IMG/VR virus record: IMGVR_UViG_3300014050_000004
Coordinates: 54,466 to 118,465 of that record
Origin: a virus
Direction: 5' to 3' (one strand)
Length of the DNA: 64,000 nt
Positions within the stretch are counted from its first letter, which is position 1. Every line of letters begins with the position of its first letter. Below, piece after piece: positions 8,345 through 18,796 of this stretch. The notes beneath the pieces were generated by a model that saw nothing but the letters and a program-made list of their open reading frames with translations, did no database searches and was not told where the DNA came from. The translations under genes were made by a program, and so were the position numbers.

Positions 8345-9403
8345 TTAGGGGTACGTAAGGTCAGATCCACCGAGATATGTGCCACCGGAGTCACTCGGGT
8401 AAGAGAGATCGAGAGCACCCCCGAGGTCTTCGAAGTTTCTGGGAGTAATCCAGTTGGGAAATTCGGAATTTTGTCCAACAGAACCGAATCCAACCCTGTA
8501 GTCAGGGGCTTGGTCTCCTCCCATATCTGTCACCCACCCTGAAAAACCTTTGCCGGACATGGCATTGTACCTTTGAGGCACTCTCCACGTCCTCATGATG
8601 CCCTGTTTTGTATCGATAGCTGACAATCCGTGGCCCGCTCGGATCGCTGTCATTTGCCTTTCAGCATCAAGTTGCTTCAACGCTTCCACGTAGTCTTTGG
8701 AAACATCTTCCCTTCTTCGGATGGTATCCAAATAGTATCGAGCGATGATCAGAGCAGTTCTTCTGCGGCTGCTTGTTATCAAAACTTTCCCTGCCTTTCC
8801 CGACTGCTCAATGTACGAGTCGATGAGAGCATTAGCGTCCTCGATTGCCATACGCAGCTTGGCAACATTCACGCTCGTGGCACTTGCATCATCTATGTTC
8901 GTAAGTTGAATGGCTTCTTTCAGGCCGTAAGCAAGTATGAAATCATCCGGGGAAGCATTCTTCGGATCTGCAGATCTGTTCTGATACGGAAACCCGTATC
9001 CACCGATGGTTTCTCCGAGGTTAGAATTATTTCGAGTCCCGTCTGTGTCCTCGTTGGAGGCTAGAGAGTTGAGAACAGAAACCCTGTAGAAGGCTCTTAC
9101 GGCGTTTCTTTTCTTTACCACGCTGTCAGATCCCGGGGGAACTGGCGCTCTCATACATATTTCAAGGTCTAGGGGAGGTTCATAGGTAACAAACACCTCA
9201 TCAAGATGGGAGAGGCTGGTGTCCAGAACCAGAGAGACTATCGTATCTGAAGCGTAAGAGACTGAAGTGACCCCGTACTGTCCGTAATTGATCGTGAAGG
9301 AAGTAGATGGTACTGCCACCCTGTTGTCCAAAGGAGAGTCAAAATACAGTGACACTCCCGTGGGGGAAGCTAGCACTGCTTGTTTCATTCTTGGGACTGC
9401 CAT
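8345..9403 (-). CDS. Head-tail connector (DUF1320/Mu gp36-like) with N-terminal Ig-like domain
   Basis: NVAKLRMAIEDANALIDSYI...IARYYLDTIRRREDVSKDYVEALKQL; N-terminal beta-rich LYFDSPLD...VFVTYEPP. Confidence 0.75.
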   Translation of the reverse strand: MAVPRMKQAVLASPTGVSLYFDSPLDNRVAVPSTSFTINYGQYGVTSVSYASDTIVSLVLDTSLSHLDEVFVTYEPPLDLEICMRAPVPPGSDSVVKKRNAVRAFYRVSVLNSLASNEDTDGTRNNSNLGETIGGYGFPYQNRSADPKNASPDDFILAYGLKEAIQLTNIDDASATSVNVAKLRMAIEDANALIDSYIEQSGKAGKVLITSSRRRTALIIARYYLDTIRRREDVSKDYVEALKQLDAERQMTAIRAGHGLSAIDTKQGIMRTWRVPQRYNAMSGKGFSGWVTDMGGDQAPDYRVGFGSVGQNSEFPNWITPRNFEDLGGALDLSYPSDSGGTYLGGSDLTYP

Positions 9404-9408
9404 AGGTC

Positions 9409-9819
9409 TTAATTCCTAACTAAATAGCTATCGTCGTCATTTGAAAGGGGAATGAAGGCTTCTGAAACCCAGAAAGCTCTAGCTTCATTTCTAACTCTTA
9501 TAAGGTTCCCTTCTGAGGAAGGGTAGAGACAGTTCCCCATGTACTGGACGGCCAACCTCAAGGGCCACTCATCCCTCCAATTACATTCCCAGTTGTCTAT
9601 AGTAATGAGTTTACCCTCAAGAGTGTAATCAATTCTAGAGACTATCTCTCCACCCTCATGGTCAACGGGGTAATCAAAAGTCTGTGAGACACTCTCATAC
9701 CTCACATGGGAGTATTTGCCGAGAATATACCTTAAACTGGTAGATCCCTCGTCAAGGTACAAGAAATCCTGGAATATAAAATTCCTATCTGAGTAAACAC
9801 TCGGTCGTCGAATCGCCAT
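9409..9819 (-). CDS. Hypothetical protein
   Basis: Operonic ORF in the structural module. Confidence 0.6.
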   Translation of the reverse strand: MAIRRPSVYSDRNFIFQDFLYLDEGSTSLRYILGKYSHVRYESVSQTFDYPVDHEGGEIVSRIDYTLEGKLITIDNWECNWRDEWPLRLAVQYMGNCLYPSSEGNLIRVRNEARAFWVSEAFIPLSNDDDSYLVRN

Positions 9820-10177
9820 GGTTACAAGCTGCTAGTACTAAGAAACTTCCGCTCTGAGTTGAGATCCAGGTGGGAATATACTCCCTTCCGTCAACCTCAA
9901 CTCTTTTCGTGCCGAGGACACCCTCAACGGACACATCATTCTTGCAAGTTACAGGAACATCTATGGACAACCCTTCTGGAGTGAACAGCGATTTTCCTAC
10001 CCTGATTGAAACTTGAGCGTTTATGTTCTTCGCATACAAAGATTGATAAACAGACAAGTCTTTAACAACTCCCAGGGAGTCATAAAAGACAGGTGCCAGA
10101 GGATTTGTAACGCTCTGGCCAAAACCAGGAGCATTTAGAAAACCTGGGTTGTAATCTTCCGTAAAAGTGATTGACAT
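9785..10177 (-). CDS. Putative baseplate/spike-associated protein
   Basis: Beta-rich, directly after the OB-fold spike gene. Confidence 0.45.
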   Translation of the reverse strand: MSITFTEDYNPGFLNAPGFGQSVTNPLAPVFYDSLGVVKDLSVYQSLYAKNINAQVSIRVGKSLFTPEGLSIDVPVTCKNDVSVEGVLGTKRVEVDGREYIPTWISTQSGSFLVLAACNHGDSTTECLLR

Positions 10178-10178
10178 T

Positions 10179-11354
10179 CTACAATTTCAGTGCGCTTTTT
10201 ATAGAAGGGTAGATGGTCTTTATTGTCCCTTCGACGTTGGATAGAGATGATATAACAAACTGGGTTGCCGCAGGTATGTAAGAGTTGAGTGTTGACAGAG
10301 CTGCATTTGCCAAGGCATTGACTGGGTTGCTGGCGACAGAGGAGGAACTTTGCAAGACCTGCTGAGCTGTTTCTATGGCTGTTTGCGCATTGGCAAATCC
10401 CGGTACTGTCTCCACGGCAGCTTGAATGCTCGGGGCATACGTAGAGATGAAGCCAGCCGGAATGTCGCTGATGAAGCCAGAGTTTCGGACGACAGATAGA
10501 GCTGAGTTCTGGTCCAAAAGAGGACCGGTAATGGGTGTTCTCCCTTGTATAGAAGACATGGGTGGTGGGTTCCAACTAGCGGCACTCCCCCAAGGGTTGC
10601 CAGCTGGTCCTGTGAAGTAACCCGAAGCTTTCTTCATCTCTTGGTGGCTCGTTACAAAAACGTGATCGTAGCTGGCTCCTACGTATCCGGGGCTTGGTCT
10701 GTTTCCAGAGGAGTCAACTTGAGAGGTCACGTCATTGCCGCCGGCATGTCCATGCGCCAAATCTGAGTGTCTGACCCAAATGTACTGATTGTTGCGGGAC
10801 AAGCAAACACATACCCAATCGGAGTTCATTGGCCCACCTTCCTCAATTACCATGCACCCAAGGTTTTCCTTGCAAGGAGGAGGCAAATTGCCTGCCTTGT
10901 ACACCGGCAACCTTGTCATGGAGCTGTTGCTGGGGAACTCCAATGACTTTGCGGAGCTTTCGGTGAGTACCTGAGGGTCATACAACACGTCTTGCAAAAT
11001 AGCGTACTGATATTGGCCATTTGAAAGAATCACATTGACCCTCTTTCCAACCAATCCCTCTGGTTGTTTTCCTTTGAAAGAGGGGGAAACGTCAATCCAG
11101 TGGGAATAAGATTCCTCGCCCGTTCTGGAAAGAGAGAATTGCCCAGACCCTTCAAACTGGGGGATGTCCTTTGGGTTCATGGCGTCAAAGAGTACTCTGA
11201 CTCTGCCTCTCTCCTGAGGATCGTTGACATCGACCACGGTTGCTCTAACCGTCCCTCTTGCCACTCCCGGAAATCTGGCATTCAGGTTGTCTAGAGACTT
11301 CTGAGTCTCCGCCAACATGCGCACCAGCGGTATGTTTCTCAAGCTTCTTGCCAT
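10179..11354 (-). CDS. Baseplate spike (gp5/gpV/VgrG OB-fold)
   Basis: RATVVDVNDPQERGRVRV...SHWIDV OB-fold signature; HxH motif AHGHAGG. Confidence 0.75.
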   Translation of the reverse strand: MARSLRNIPLVRMLAETQKSLDNLNARFPGVARGTVRATVVDVNDPQERGRVRVLFDAMNPKDIPQFEGSGQFSLSRTGEESYSHWIDVSPSFKGKQPEGLVGKRVNVILSNGQYQYAILQDVLYDPQVLTESSAKSLEFPSNSSMTRLPVYKAGNLPPPCKENLGCMVIEEGGPMNSDWVCVCLSRNNQYIWVRHSDLAHGHAGGNDVTSQVDSSGNRPSPGYVGASYDHVFVTSHQEMKKASGYFTGPAGNPWGSAASWNPPPMSSIQGRTPITGPLLDQNSALSVVRNSGFISDIPAGFISTYAPSIQAAVETVPGFANAQTAIETAQQVLQSSSSVASNPVNALANAALSTLNSYIPAATQFVISSLSNVEGTIKTIYPSIKSALKL

Positions 11355-11599
11355 TACCTAACGAACCTTGGTATGTTTCTCGGTGTTCTCCTTTTGGGTT
11401 TGACCTTAGGTTGTCTTTTCTCAGTGATAACAGGTTCTGGGTCGGGGTCGGGGGCCGTCGGCTCTGGTGCAACAACTTCTGCAACCAATGGGATTGGTTC
11501 GCATACAGACTCAGGTTCCACCAAAGCCACATCCTCAGAAACTAAAGGAGTCTCAAAATTCCCGTCTTCCAGATTTTCCACTCTCCTTCTCCTTGGCAT
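11354..11599 (-). CDS. Small Pro/Glu-rich protein with basic ends
   Basis: 1-nt overlap with the spike gene; GGGTAAA 25 nt upstream. Confidence 0.6.
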   Translation of the reverse strand: MPRRRRVENLEDGNFETPLVSEDVALVEPESVCEPIPLVAEVVAPEPTAPDPDPEPVITEKRQPKVKPKRRTPRNIPRFVR

Positions 11600-11624
11600 A
11601 TGCGATAGTAGCTAACTCCAAGAT

Positions 11625-11631
11625 TTTACCC
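11625..11631 (-). promoter_or_regulatory. GGGTAWR putative late-promoter element
   Basis: GGGTAAA overlapping the upstream stop, 25 nt upstream of ATG 11599. Confidence 0.5.
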
Positions 11632-14433
11632 GATTTCGAACACAGCTTCTCCGGCTGCCGACAAGTCCGAGCAGAAAAATGCGTATCCTACAACATACTT
11701 ATTACTCTGAATCTCTTCGAGTTCCCTACTCAGTATGCAAGTTTTTGGAACTTTGTACATGCTCGCGTCCCACAAGGGGGGACTCATTTCCTCAAGAGAG
11801 CCTAATTCTAGATCAGCGGACAGGTGACCGGTTAGCTCGGAACAAGGGTTTTTTCGGTAGTACTTACCTTCCCACTCACCGTAGCCCTTGCCTACCGGCG
11901 AAGAAATATCCGCTCTTCTGTTATGGAAAGGATCGTAACTCTCTATCCGACCCGGATCAAAAGTGTTTATAGAATTACTGAAGTCAGTGTGCACGATTGA
12001 TTTTTCAAATTCGTCGTCATAGTGATGATCCGGAGTTATTGAAGAGTACAAGAACGATTCCTCATATATGTTGAGAATGGTGGAGTTGTCATTCTGGTTA
12101 GCCACCACTTCTTCATACAAGTATGGTTTTTCTTCTTGCGGAGGACAAATTTCTTGAACAGCGTGGCTAGAGGAACCCCAGTATCCGAAATTCTGACACA
12201 CAAGATTAACTTTCTGCCACTCGCTACCATCTCTCTTGTAATCCAATGGCAATCTAACAAAGTATCTGTCCCACTCCTCATTGCCAGGACCAGAATTTTC
12301 ATCCGCCAGAAGTTGATTCGGATAACTCAAAGAGTTAAAAGTGTTTGTGCTTTCCACACAGAACAGGCTTTCGTTTTTCTTCACTCTTAACAACTGCTCT
12401 GCATTGAGAACATTAGGCAGGGCTGAGTATACCAAACCGCTGAATACCAAGTCACTGATGTCGCAGGAGAAGGAGGATGTCAAAGAATCTGACACGGACA
12501 CAACCGGGAAATTGAATTTGCCCTCAGGTTCTCTCGGAGTGTAGTGAAAAGACAGACTACCTGGAACAGATACTTCATATCTGAACACAAAGTTGTTTTC
12601 TATGTAATCAACCCCTTCATTCAGAAGATTCCCGTTACAATACAGCAAGAGCGCGGAGTAATTCAATTCTCTTGCAGGATCCGCTGAAACTTCTCCCGTG
12701 TTCACATTTACCCAATCTCCGACGAGTTCCCACATTGAACTTAGAGGGTTAAACTCCCATCTGTTGTAGTAAAATATCAAGCACTCTCTATTATCAATAT
12801 CTCCGTTATTGAAATCCCAGTACATTTCCCCATCGACAGGAGTCCCGTACAACTGAGTGTCGCCCACATACTTAAGGTGTGGCGGAAGTTGTAAAAACCA
12901 TTTTCCGGAGCCCAGAGATTTGGACACGTAGGCCTTGTAAGCTCCTCCAACCGTTACACGCAAGTTTTCAATCACGTAATTTGAGCCAGAATTTGACAAG
13001 CCTTCGGCGTCTACAATCTCGACCCTGGTATAAGGTGGCAAAAACAAAGAGTCAGCATTGAAAGAAGTTACATCGGCATAAGAGAAGTCGATGGCAACCC
13101 AACCTCTTTTCTCTTCTGACTTGTAAGCAACCACGTTTCCCTGGCCGCTCAAGGAACCGGTTATGCCAAACAGCTTAGAATCCTGATTCATTCCGTTGCA
13201 GTTGAGAATCCTTGCAACTTTTCCGTACTCAAGGGATCCCTCAACGGACAAGAAGGCAGCAACGTTCGCGAATTCATAGTCAACGGGTTGACTCTGTTCT
13301 AGACCTTCCGGATACTCACACTCGACCCACGGGTCACAATTGAACACTCTTTTCGGATGTATCAAAAGTTTCTCACTCTGGGGGTCCCACCATAGTTGGT
13401 TGTCTTGCAAAACCGGAGGTGGAGTTGTCCCCACCTGAGTCGTTTGCTGATAAACCAAATTGAGTAATTTGTCAAACTCAATCTCTCTGTGGATGTCCTG
13501 AAGTTGTACGGATTCAGTGCTATACCCGTGCAAGGACAGAGCATCAAAGGAAAAGTGCAATGGCAGGACGCCTCCTTTGTTGCCCCATACACCCTTAAAG
13601 TTGTCTATCAGCTCCTTATCAACCCAGTCCGAAGGGTCTGACCAAGGATTCAGTGTCACATCAAGGGAAACACTGCCATACTGCAGTTCTCCTTGTGTTG
13701 AGGACACGGAAGGAATGTCCAAGTACCACAATGAACGGTCAAAGTCATACACAGGAGGGAACTCTCCCACATTCTGCACTAGCAAGGAAAGGGGAAGATC
13801 GAAGTAACACCTTGATCCGATGTACAGTACATTGTAAGCCATAGGTTGAAGCTCTTCAATGTCGTGCACCGGGTACAGTGTCAAGGTTGTTTCCCCAACC
13901 TTGCAGTGGAACGAGTAGTCTCCTGAGATTCCCACCTCTCTTCTTACAAAGGGGTTGGGAAGAGAAGAAACGCTGATGAATTTCAGCTGTTCCCCACTTG
14001 CCAAGTCTTCAAGGAACTGCTCGCTCAGAGATTCGAAGAAAATCTCAGTCGTGTCTCCTACTTTCAGGTACTGAGAGGGAGAGTAAGAATAACTTCCCAG
14101 GTAGAGAGTGTCTGCGTTTGAAAGATGGCTGTTCCCCTTGACAAGTACGGAATTGCTAAAGTTCCTCACTTCAACTATCTCTAGGATCTCGTAAGAGTTG
14201 TAGACTCCGAAAGAACCGCCCAATAGTTGTCTCTTTTGGTCAACCGTCTCTGGCAGTTTGCCCCAATAGTTGTCTCCACTCCAGCCGAGTAATTGGGCTA
14301 CCCAGTCCAATTGTGAGTCCACTCTCAAAGTCACATCTGTCACTTGAGAGGTTTGCTCACTGGTCAAGAAGCTACTAATGTCTCCCCTTTTCTCAAAGTC
14401 TTCAATGTTAAATTGTGGGGTATGTACTGTCAT
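11626..14433 (-). CDS. Large virion structural protein (baseplate/fibre region)
   Basis: 935 aa, aromatic/beta-rich, in the baseplate operon; no family recognised. Confidence 0.6.
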   Translation of the reverse strand: MTVHTPQFNIEDFEKRGDISSFLTSEQTSQVTDVTLRVDSQLDWVAQLLGWSGDNYWGKLPETVDQKRQLLGGSFGVYNSYEILEIVEVRNFSNSVLVKGNSHLSNADTLYLGSYSYSPSQYLKVGDTTEIFFESLSEQFLEDLASGEQLKFISVSSLPNPFVRREVGISGDYSFHCKVGETTLTLYPVHDIEELQPMAYNVLYIGSRCYFDLPLSLLVQNVGEFPPVYDFDRSLWYLDIPSVSSTQGELQYGSVSLDVTLNPWSDPSDWVDKELIDNFKGVWGNKGGVLPLHFSFDALSLHGYSTESVQLQDIHREIEFDKLLNLVYQQTTQVGTTPPPVLQDNQLWWDPQSEKLLIHPKRVFNCDPWVECEYPEGLEQSQPVDYEFANVAAFLSVEGSLEYGKVARILNCNGMNQDSKLFGITGSLSGQGNVVAYKSEEKRGWVAIDFSYADVTSFNADSLFLPPYTRVEIVDAEGLSNSGSNYVIENLRVTVGGAYKAYVSKSLGSGKWFLQLPPHLKYVGDTQLYGTPVDGEMYWDFNNGDIDNRECLIFYYNRWEFNPLSSMWELVGDWVNVNTGEVSADPARELNYSALLLYCNGNLLNEGVDYIENNFVFRYEVSVPGSLSFHYTPREPEGKFNFPVVSVSDSLTSSFSCDISDLVFSGLVYSALPNVLNAEQLLRVKKNESLFCVESTNTFNSLSYPNQLLADENSGPGNEEWDRYFVRLPLDYKRDGSEWQKVNLVCQNFGYWGSSSHAVQEICPPQEEKPYLYEEVVANQNDNSTILNIYEESFLYSSITPDHHYDDEFEKSIVHTDFSNSINTFDPGRIESYDPFHNRRADISSPVGKGYGEWEGKYYRKNPCSELTGHLSADLELGSLEEMSPPLWDASMYKVPKTCILSRELEEIQSNKYVVGYAFFCSDLSAAGEAVFEIG

Positions 14434-14445
14434 TGTAGGAAAGGG

Positions 14446-15702
14446 TTATGTAAGTTCAATTCCAAATGGAGGCAGGCTTAGGTATTCTTGCTTCATACTC
14501 AATGTTGGGCTCATCCACTGTTTGTCATAGTGAAGGACTTGGTCGTACAAGCCAATGAGATTGCTATCCCAAAAAGAGGTTAACCAATCAGCAATCGGTT
14601 CGTATTTTGTGTGAACTACATCTCTCACATCACTCAAAGATTGGACAGTGAAGGATGAGTCTATGTCTACGAGAGCTAACTTGCACATGACCAGTGGGAC
14701 TTTGTTGCCCTCTTCGGTAACTATCTCGTTTGGAACTGCATTGGCGGGGTATGCTACAAGACTATACTTGGTGACGCTCACCGCTGGGGGGCTCAGGGTG
14801 GAAATCACTCCAGAAACATATATGTTGTTAATTGACACTGAAGAATCTTCCCATTCAACTCTCCAACCATTCCCACTTACTGGACTGTCAAACTGGAAGC
14901 TAAACAGTTGACCAAGATTGTCTTCCTCAATGTCTGCAGAAGAAACGTATTGCCAAGAAGAGTCTTCGCAGTAACCGGAAGAACCCGTGCTTTTGCAAAT
15001 TAGTTGGTACAATAAAGCTTTACCGTAACTTCTTGAGTTGGGTGGGCACCGAAGGGTGATTGTATTCAGAGAGTATGAATAAGGAGTTTCCCAAGACAGG
15101 TAGGCATTTCCTGTGTGTGAAGGAAATACGTTGTCGTAGTTTGACCAGTACTTCTCGCTGTCTCCCAAGAAAGCGTAGCCCGGAGAATACCTCCACCCGG
15201 TCACAGCATCTGTGCTACTCAGTATGTTCATTTCCTGCCCATTCAGAGAAAAGTTTTCAACTGAGTAGGAGTATGTTTGGGGAGAATTGTCGTAGTACAG
15301 TTGATATCCTATAACGTACTTTGCAGACCCAATGCCAACTTGTTCAAGGTCTATGATCACAGGTGAAGTCTTCACCGAGCCGAATTGCCAGACAATCGTC
15401 CCTTCTTGAACTGTCAGAAACTTGCCGTTCCCAGAGGATTCAACAACCATGGAAGTTGAGCCAGTTAGTCCCTCTCCCACAGGTATGAAACAATACGCTT
15501 TCCCCGGATCGTAACCGAACTCTAGCTTGTAAGATTGAGAAGCCGCCGGCAACCGATTGTAAATCGGCCTCCCACTTTCCTTCCACTCAGTTGGAATCGG
15601 AGTCAGGTTGAGAGCTTCCGTGTACTGGCGTGACAGGTATGTTCCAGGATTCTGGGTGGAGGTTACAACAATTTTTTGAGTGCCTCCGTCTAAGGGAATC
15701 AT
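14446..15702 (-). CDS. Baseplate-region structural protein (beta-sandwich, possibly discoidin-like)
   Basis: Follows baseplate J; start moved to MIPLDGG, 5 nt after the J stop. Confidence 0.55.
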   Translation of the reverse strand: MIPLDGGTQKIVVTSTQNPGTYLSRQYTEALNLTPIPTEWKESGRPIYNRLPAASQSYKLEFGYDPGKAYCFIPVGEGLTGSTSMVVESSGNGKFLTVQEGTIVWQFGSVKTSPVIIDLEQVGIGSAKYVIGYQLYYDNSPQTYSYSVENFSLNGQEMNILSSTDAVTGWRYSPGYAFLGDSEKYWSNYDNVFPSHTGNAYLSWETPYSYSLNTITLRCPPNSRSYGKALLYQLICKSTGSSGYCEDSSWQYVSSADIEEDNLGQLFSFQFDSPVSGNGWRVEWEDSSVSINNIYVSGVISTLSPPAVSVTKYSLVAYPANAVPNEIVTEEGNKVPLVMCKLALVDIDSSFTVQSLSDVRDVVHTKYEPIADWLTSFWDSNLIGLYDQVLHYDKQWMSPTLSMKQEYLSLPPFGIELT

Positions 15703-15707
15703 CGTGC

Positions 15708-18700
15708 TCACAGAGAAAGAGTGCCAATTCCGTAGTCTGGCGGTGACAGAACTGAGGTTGTACCCGTGAACCAAGAAAGTTCAGGGGTTGAGGAAGCTGA
15801 CTCGGTGTTTTCCCAGACATACACAACTTTTTGTTCCGAAGATGGCAATGAAGTTTGTCTTGAAGAATTTTTAGGTATCAAAGTTACACTCGTAGGGCCA
15901 AGCTTGATTGATGAAGTGTCTCCGTCGTACTGAGGTAGGATGGGCTCATCACAAGAATAACTTGACACGTATCTCAGGAGATTTCCAGAGAATTCCTGAT
16001 ACCTGGGACTGTTTACCTGGGTTCCAGTGTTGGACCAGTTGGTAACTTCCTGAGTGGGGGTGAATCCCTTCATGACTCTGTAAAGGTCTCTGCCACCTCT
16101 GTCTTCTATGGTGTCCTCAGCGTAGTTGGCATAGGCGGGGTTAAAGAAAGGTATGTACCTCTCGGCTTCTCCTGTTGTTTTAGGGGTGTTGTCTTCAGTG
16201 AACACATTATTTTTGTAGTAAACCTCAAAGTCAAACAGAGGTGTTACAGCTTCATTCGCGAGATACACTTGAGTTCTACCTCCACCTCTAAATAGTGTCC
16301 TGTCCCCTTTAAAGAAAGTGAACATCCTAACTGGTTGGTAGATTGGATTATCAGACACAGGGTTTATACTTGTAACCTCAACGGCAAGGTCCTGATCGGA
16401 ATTACCAAGATCAACTCCCGAGATAGTCAAATTGTCCAGATACCGGTACTTCTGCCCTCTGTTATTTGGCTGGATGTCCGTTACAACTCCGCCAGAGACA
16501 AATACGTTTGCAGTACCTCCAATCCCATCTCCACCGGACAGCGGAACATTGATGTATGTTCCATTTACGAATGTGAATCCCGAACCAACTGTTCTCAGGG
16601 AACCTATTTGCCCAGAAAAGCTCTCTGATAGGTTGGTGTTGAATTGGTTGTACAACTCTTCGGTAGGGGTGACATTAATTATCTCGGGAACTAGAGCTGG
16701 ATCGGTTGACCTTGGTGTGAAGTACTCTGAAGCAATGAAGTACTCTGGGTTTGAGGAAACGTCTCTCCTGTACTCAAGATATTGACCTGCTTGAAATCTG
16801 GGTTTGTATTGGTACACGGGCAGGCCTTCGTTGCCATCGAAAACAGTGATTTCTTGAATGATGCCTTGTTCCTTCAAGCTCTCAAAGTATTCGCTAACGC
16901 TACTTGAATCAGGGTTGTATACGAATGTTGAAAGTACATACGCGTACTTGACAACCCCTCCTTTTGTGACATCTACGTAGAAGTAGTTGGGGTCTAGAAC
17001 CTCATCTGGTCCGGAACCGATTTGAGGTGTATACACCCAAGAACCAACGGTGTAGGTCATATCTGGGTTGAGAACTAACGGTTCTACGGGGTCCCCTAAA
17101 TTGGAAGCTACGTTTGCTCCTTCGATGTCATTTGTGGAACTTTGGAGAACAAAATTCTTTGAAACCAACCACACCAAAGACCCCGGTCTCTTCTCCAAAG
17201 ATACTTCCGCCGGACTAGCTGGTATGAACTCTCCTTCGGAATAGTCATACTGAATGATCTCGGGGTTTAGGAAACCGCTCACTGTGTTGGCGTATGTATT
17301 ACCCACAACCCAAGGGCTGTAATCCTTGAGTTCAGATATCTTGCCAGAGTCTATCAACGATATGACGTCCCCGGGAGAGTTCACTGTGACATTGTCTAAT
17401 ATAACGTGAAGCCCCTCTTCTGCAGGATCCAATCCCCCGTCGTAGTAAACTACCTCTCCTGTTTTGTACGAGCCCGATCCGAGATTTTGAATCTGTTTGA
17501 GGCTCAAGTTGCCGTACAAAGTTTGATCAAATTTGTCTGACGAGTAGGGGGTGAAACTAATCTCAACCGGATAGAAGGTTGGGTTCGGGTCGTCTTTTCT
17601 AACTAAGTCTCTAAGGTTCAGTAGGAAGTCTTTGGGAGCGAATTCCAGTACTCTTGTGTAGGTTGCGCACTCTTTTGTTAGGAAGTTTGGTGTGTTGTAA
17701 GCTTGGGAGCTCACAATGTGTGGGTTTGTGTATCTGTAGTTGGTGTCGAAAGTTGAGTAAAAAGCTGAGTCAACGTCTCCGGGTGAAGGGTCGAGAGTTG
17801 CAGGGAAGACAGACCCTGGTTGAAATATGCTAAAGAGTCTATCTCGGAAATTCAAAGAAGCTTCTCGGAAATTCTTGCCCCACACTCCGTTACTTTCTAT
17901 CTCAAGAGAAATGTTGTATTGTACACCGGTGAGTGTTATTGGATAGAGGTGCCCTTGAGTGCCGATTGGCACAGAGTAGTTGATGGCTGTTTGTCCAGAC
18001 TCAAGTTGGGTTTCGGTGAGTTCCACTCCATTGGGCCCAAGGACGAAGAAAGATACTTGTCCGTTTGACACAGAACTTGCGCTTCCGTATCTACTTGACC
18101 TGTTAGGTTGCACAGTGGTGAGAGTGCCTTGTCCGTACAAATTCGTGAAAAAGTCCTGCCAATCGGATTCACTAACAGGGTTCCTGCGCCTAATGAGAGA
18201 GAAAAATCTTTCCTTAACCTCTTCGTAAGTTTCAACATCACTTCCGCCAACAGCCGGTAACAAATTGGTTACCGAGGACTCAGGTACGTTGCTGGTGGAA
18301 GAAACTGTGATTGTATTGGCAGCCACATTGTAGGAGCTTCCAACGTACCTTGAGTAAACAAGGAGTTTTCCTGTGGTACCTCCTGCAGGGATTGTCAGGT
18401 CTTGAGAAGAAACAAATTCATAACTTTCTCCGCCGGTCAGCTGGGAGTTGGTCGAAAAGACAGAGCCAGATGGGAAGAGCGTTGATACGTTTCTTGGAGG
18501 AACAGTAACTGTAAGCTCTGCAGAGGAGGGTGTTCCCACTCTTCTCATTGCCCCGAGGAAGGGGCCTATCCACTCAATCAGTATTTTTTCGGGAAGCTGG
18601 TTTGCCCAGAAGAGAAACTCCCCCTGAGCAAATGCCTGACCTTCCAACAAAGCTGCCAGGGGATTGCCAGCACTGAAATCGTTGAGTGTGCCGTTTGAAG

Positions 18701-18791
18701 CCTCATATGCTACTTGGGCAGCTCTCTGTACTAAAGCTGCCTCATTCCGAGGATCTATTGATACCGGAGGTAAAGGTGCGTATCTTGCCAT
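15708..18791 (-). CDS. Baseplate J-like protein, extended
   Basis: IDPRNEAALV...NDFSAGNPLAALLEGQAF...VTNLLPAVGGSDVETYEEVKERF...DWQDF Baseplate_J pattern. Confidence 0.85.
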   Translation of the reverse strand: MARYAPLPPVSIDPRNEAALVQRAAQVAYEASNGTLNDFSAGNPLAALLEGQAFAQGEFLFWANQLPEKILIEWIGPFLGAMRRVGTPSSAELTVTVPPRNVSTLFPSGSVFSTNSQLTGGESYEFVSSQDLTIPAGGTTGKLLVYSRYVGSSYNVAANTITVSSTSNVPESSVTNLLPAVGGSDVETYEEVKERFFSLIRRRNPVSESDWQDFFTNLYGQGTLTTVQPNRSSRYGSASSVSNGQVSFFVLGPNGVELTETQLESGQTAINYSVPIGTQGHLYPITLTGVQYNISLEIESNGVWGKNFREASLNFRDRLFSIFQPGSVFPATLDPSPGDVDSAFYSTFDTNYRYTNPHIVSSQAYNTPNFLTKECATYTRVLEFAPKDFLLNLRDLVRKDDPNPTFYPVEISFTPYSSDKFDQTLYGNLSLKQIQNLGSGSYKTGEVVYYDGGLDPAEEGLHVILDNVTVNSPGDVISLIDSGKISELKDYSPWVVGNTYANTVSGFLNPEIIQYDYSEGEFIPASPAEVSLEKRPGSLVWLVSKNFVLQSSTNDIEGANVASNLGDPVEPLVLNPDMTYTVGSWVYTPQIGSGPDEVLDPNYFYVDVTKGGVVKYAYVLSTFVYNPDSSSVSEYFESLKEQGIIQEITVFDGNEGLPVYQYKPRFQAGQYLEYRRDVSSNPEYFIASEYFTPRSTDPALVPEIINVTPTEELYNQFNTNLSESFSGQIGSLRTVGSGFTFVNGTYINVPLSGGDGIGGTANVFVSGGVVTDIQPNNRGQKYRYLDNLTISGVDLGNSDQDLAVEVTSINPVSDNPIYQPVRMFTFFKGDRTLFRGGGRTQVYLANEAVTPLFDFEVYYKNNVFTEDNTPKTTGEAERYIPFFNPAYANYAEDTIEDRGGRDLYRVMKGFTPTQEVTNWSNTGTQVNSPRYQEFSGNLLRYVSSYSCDEPILPQYDGDTSSIKLGPTSVTLIPKNSSRQTSLPSSEQKVVYVWENTESASSTPELSWFTGTTSVLSPPDYGIGTLSL

Positions 18792-18796
18792 ATTTA

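Noticed and set aside
9409-9819. GNAT acetyltransferase call from the C-terminal AFWVSEAF
   Set aside because: No acetyl-CoA-binding motif A is visible; too weak
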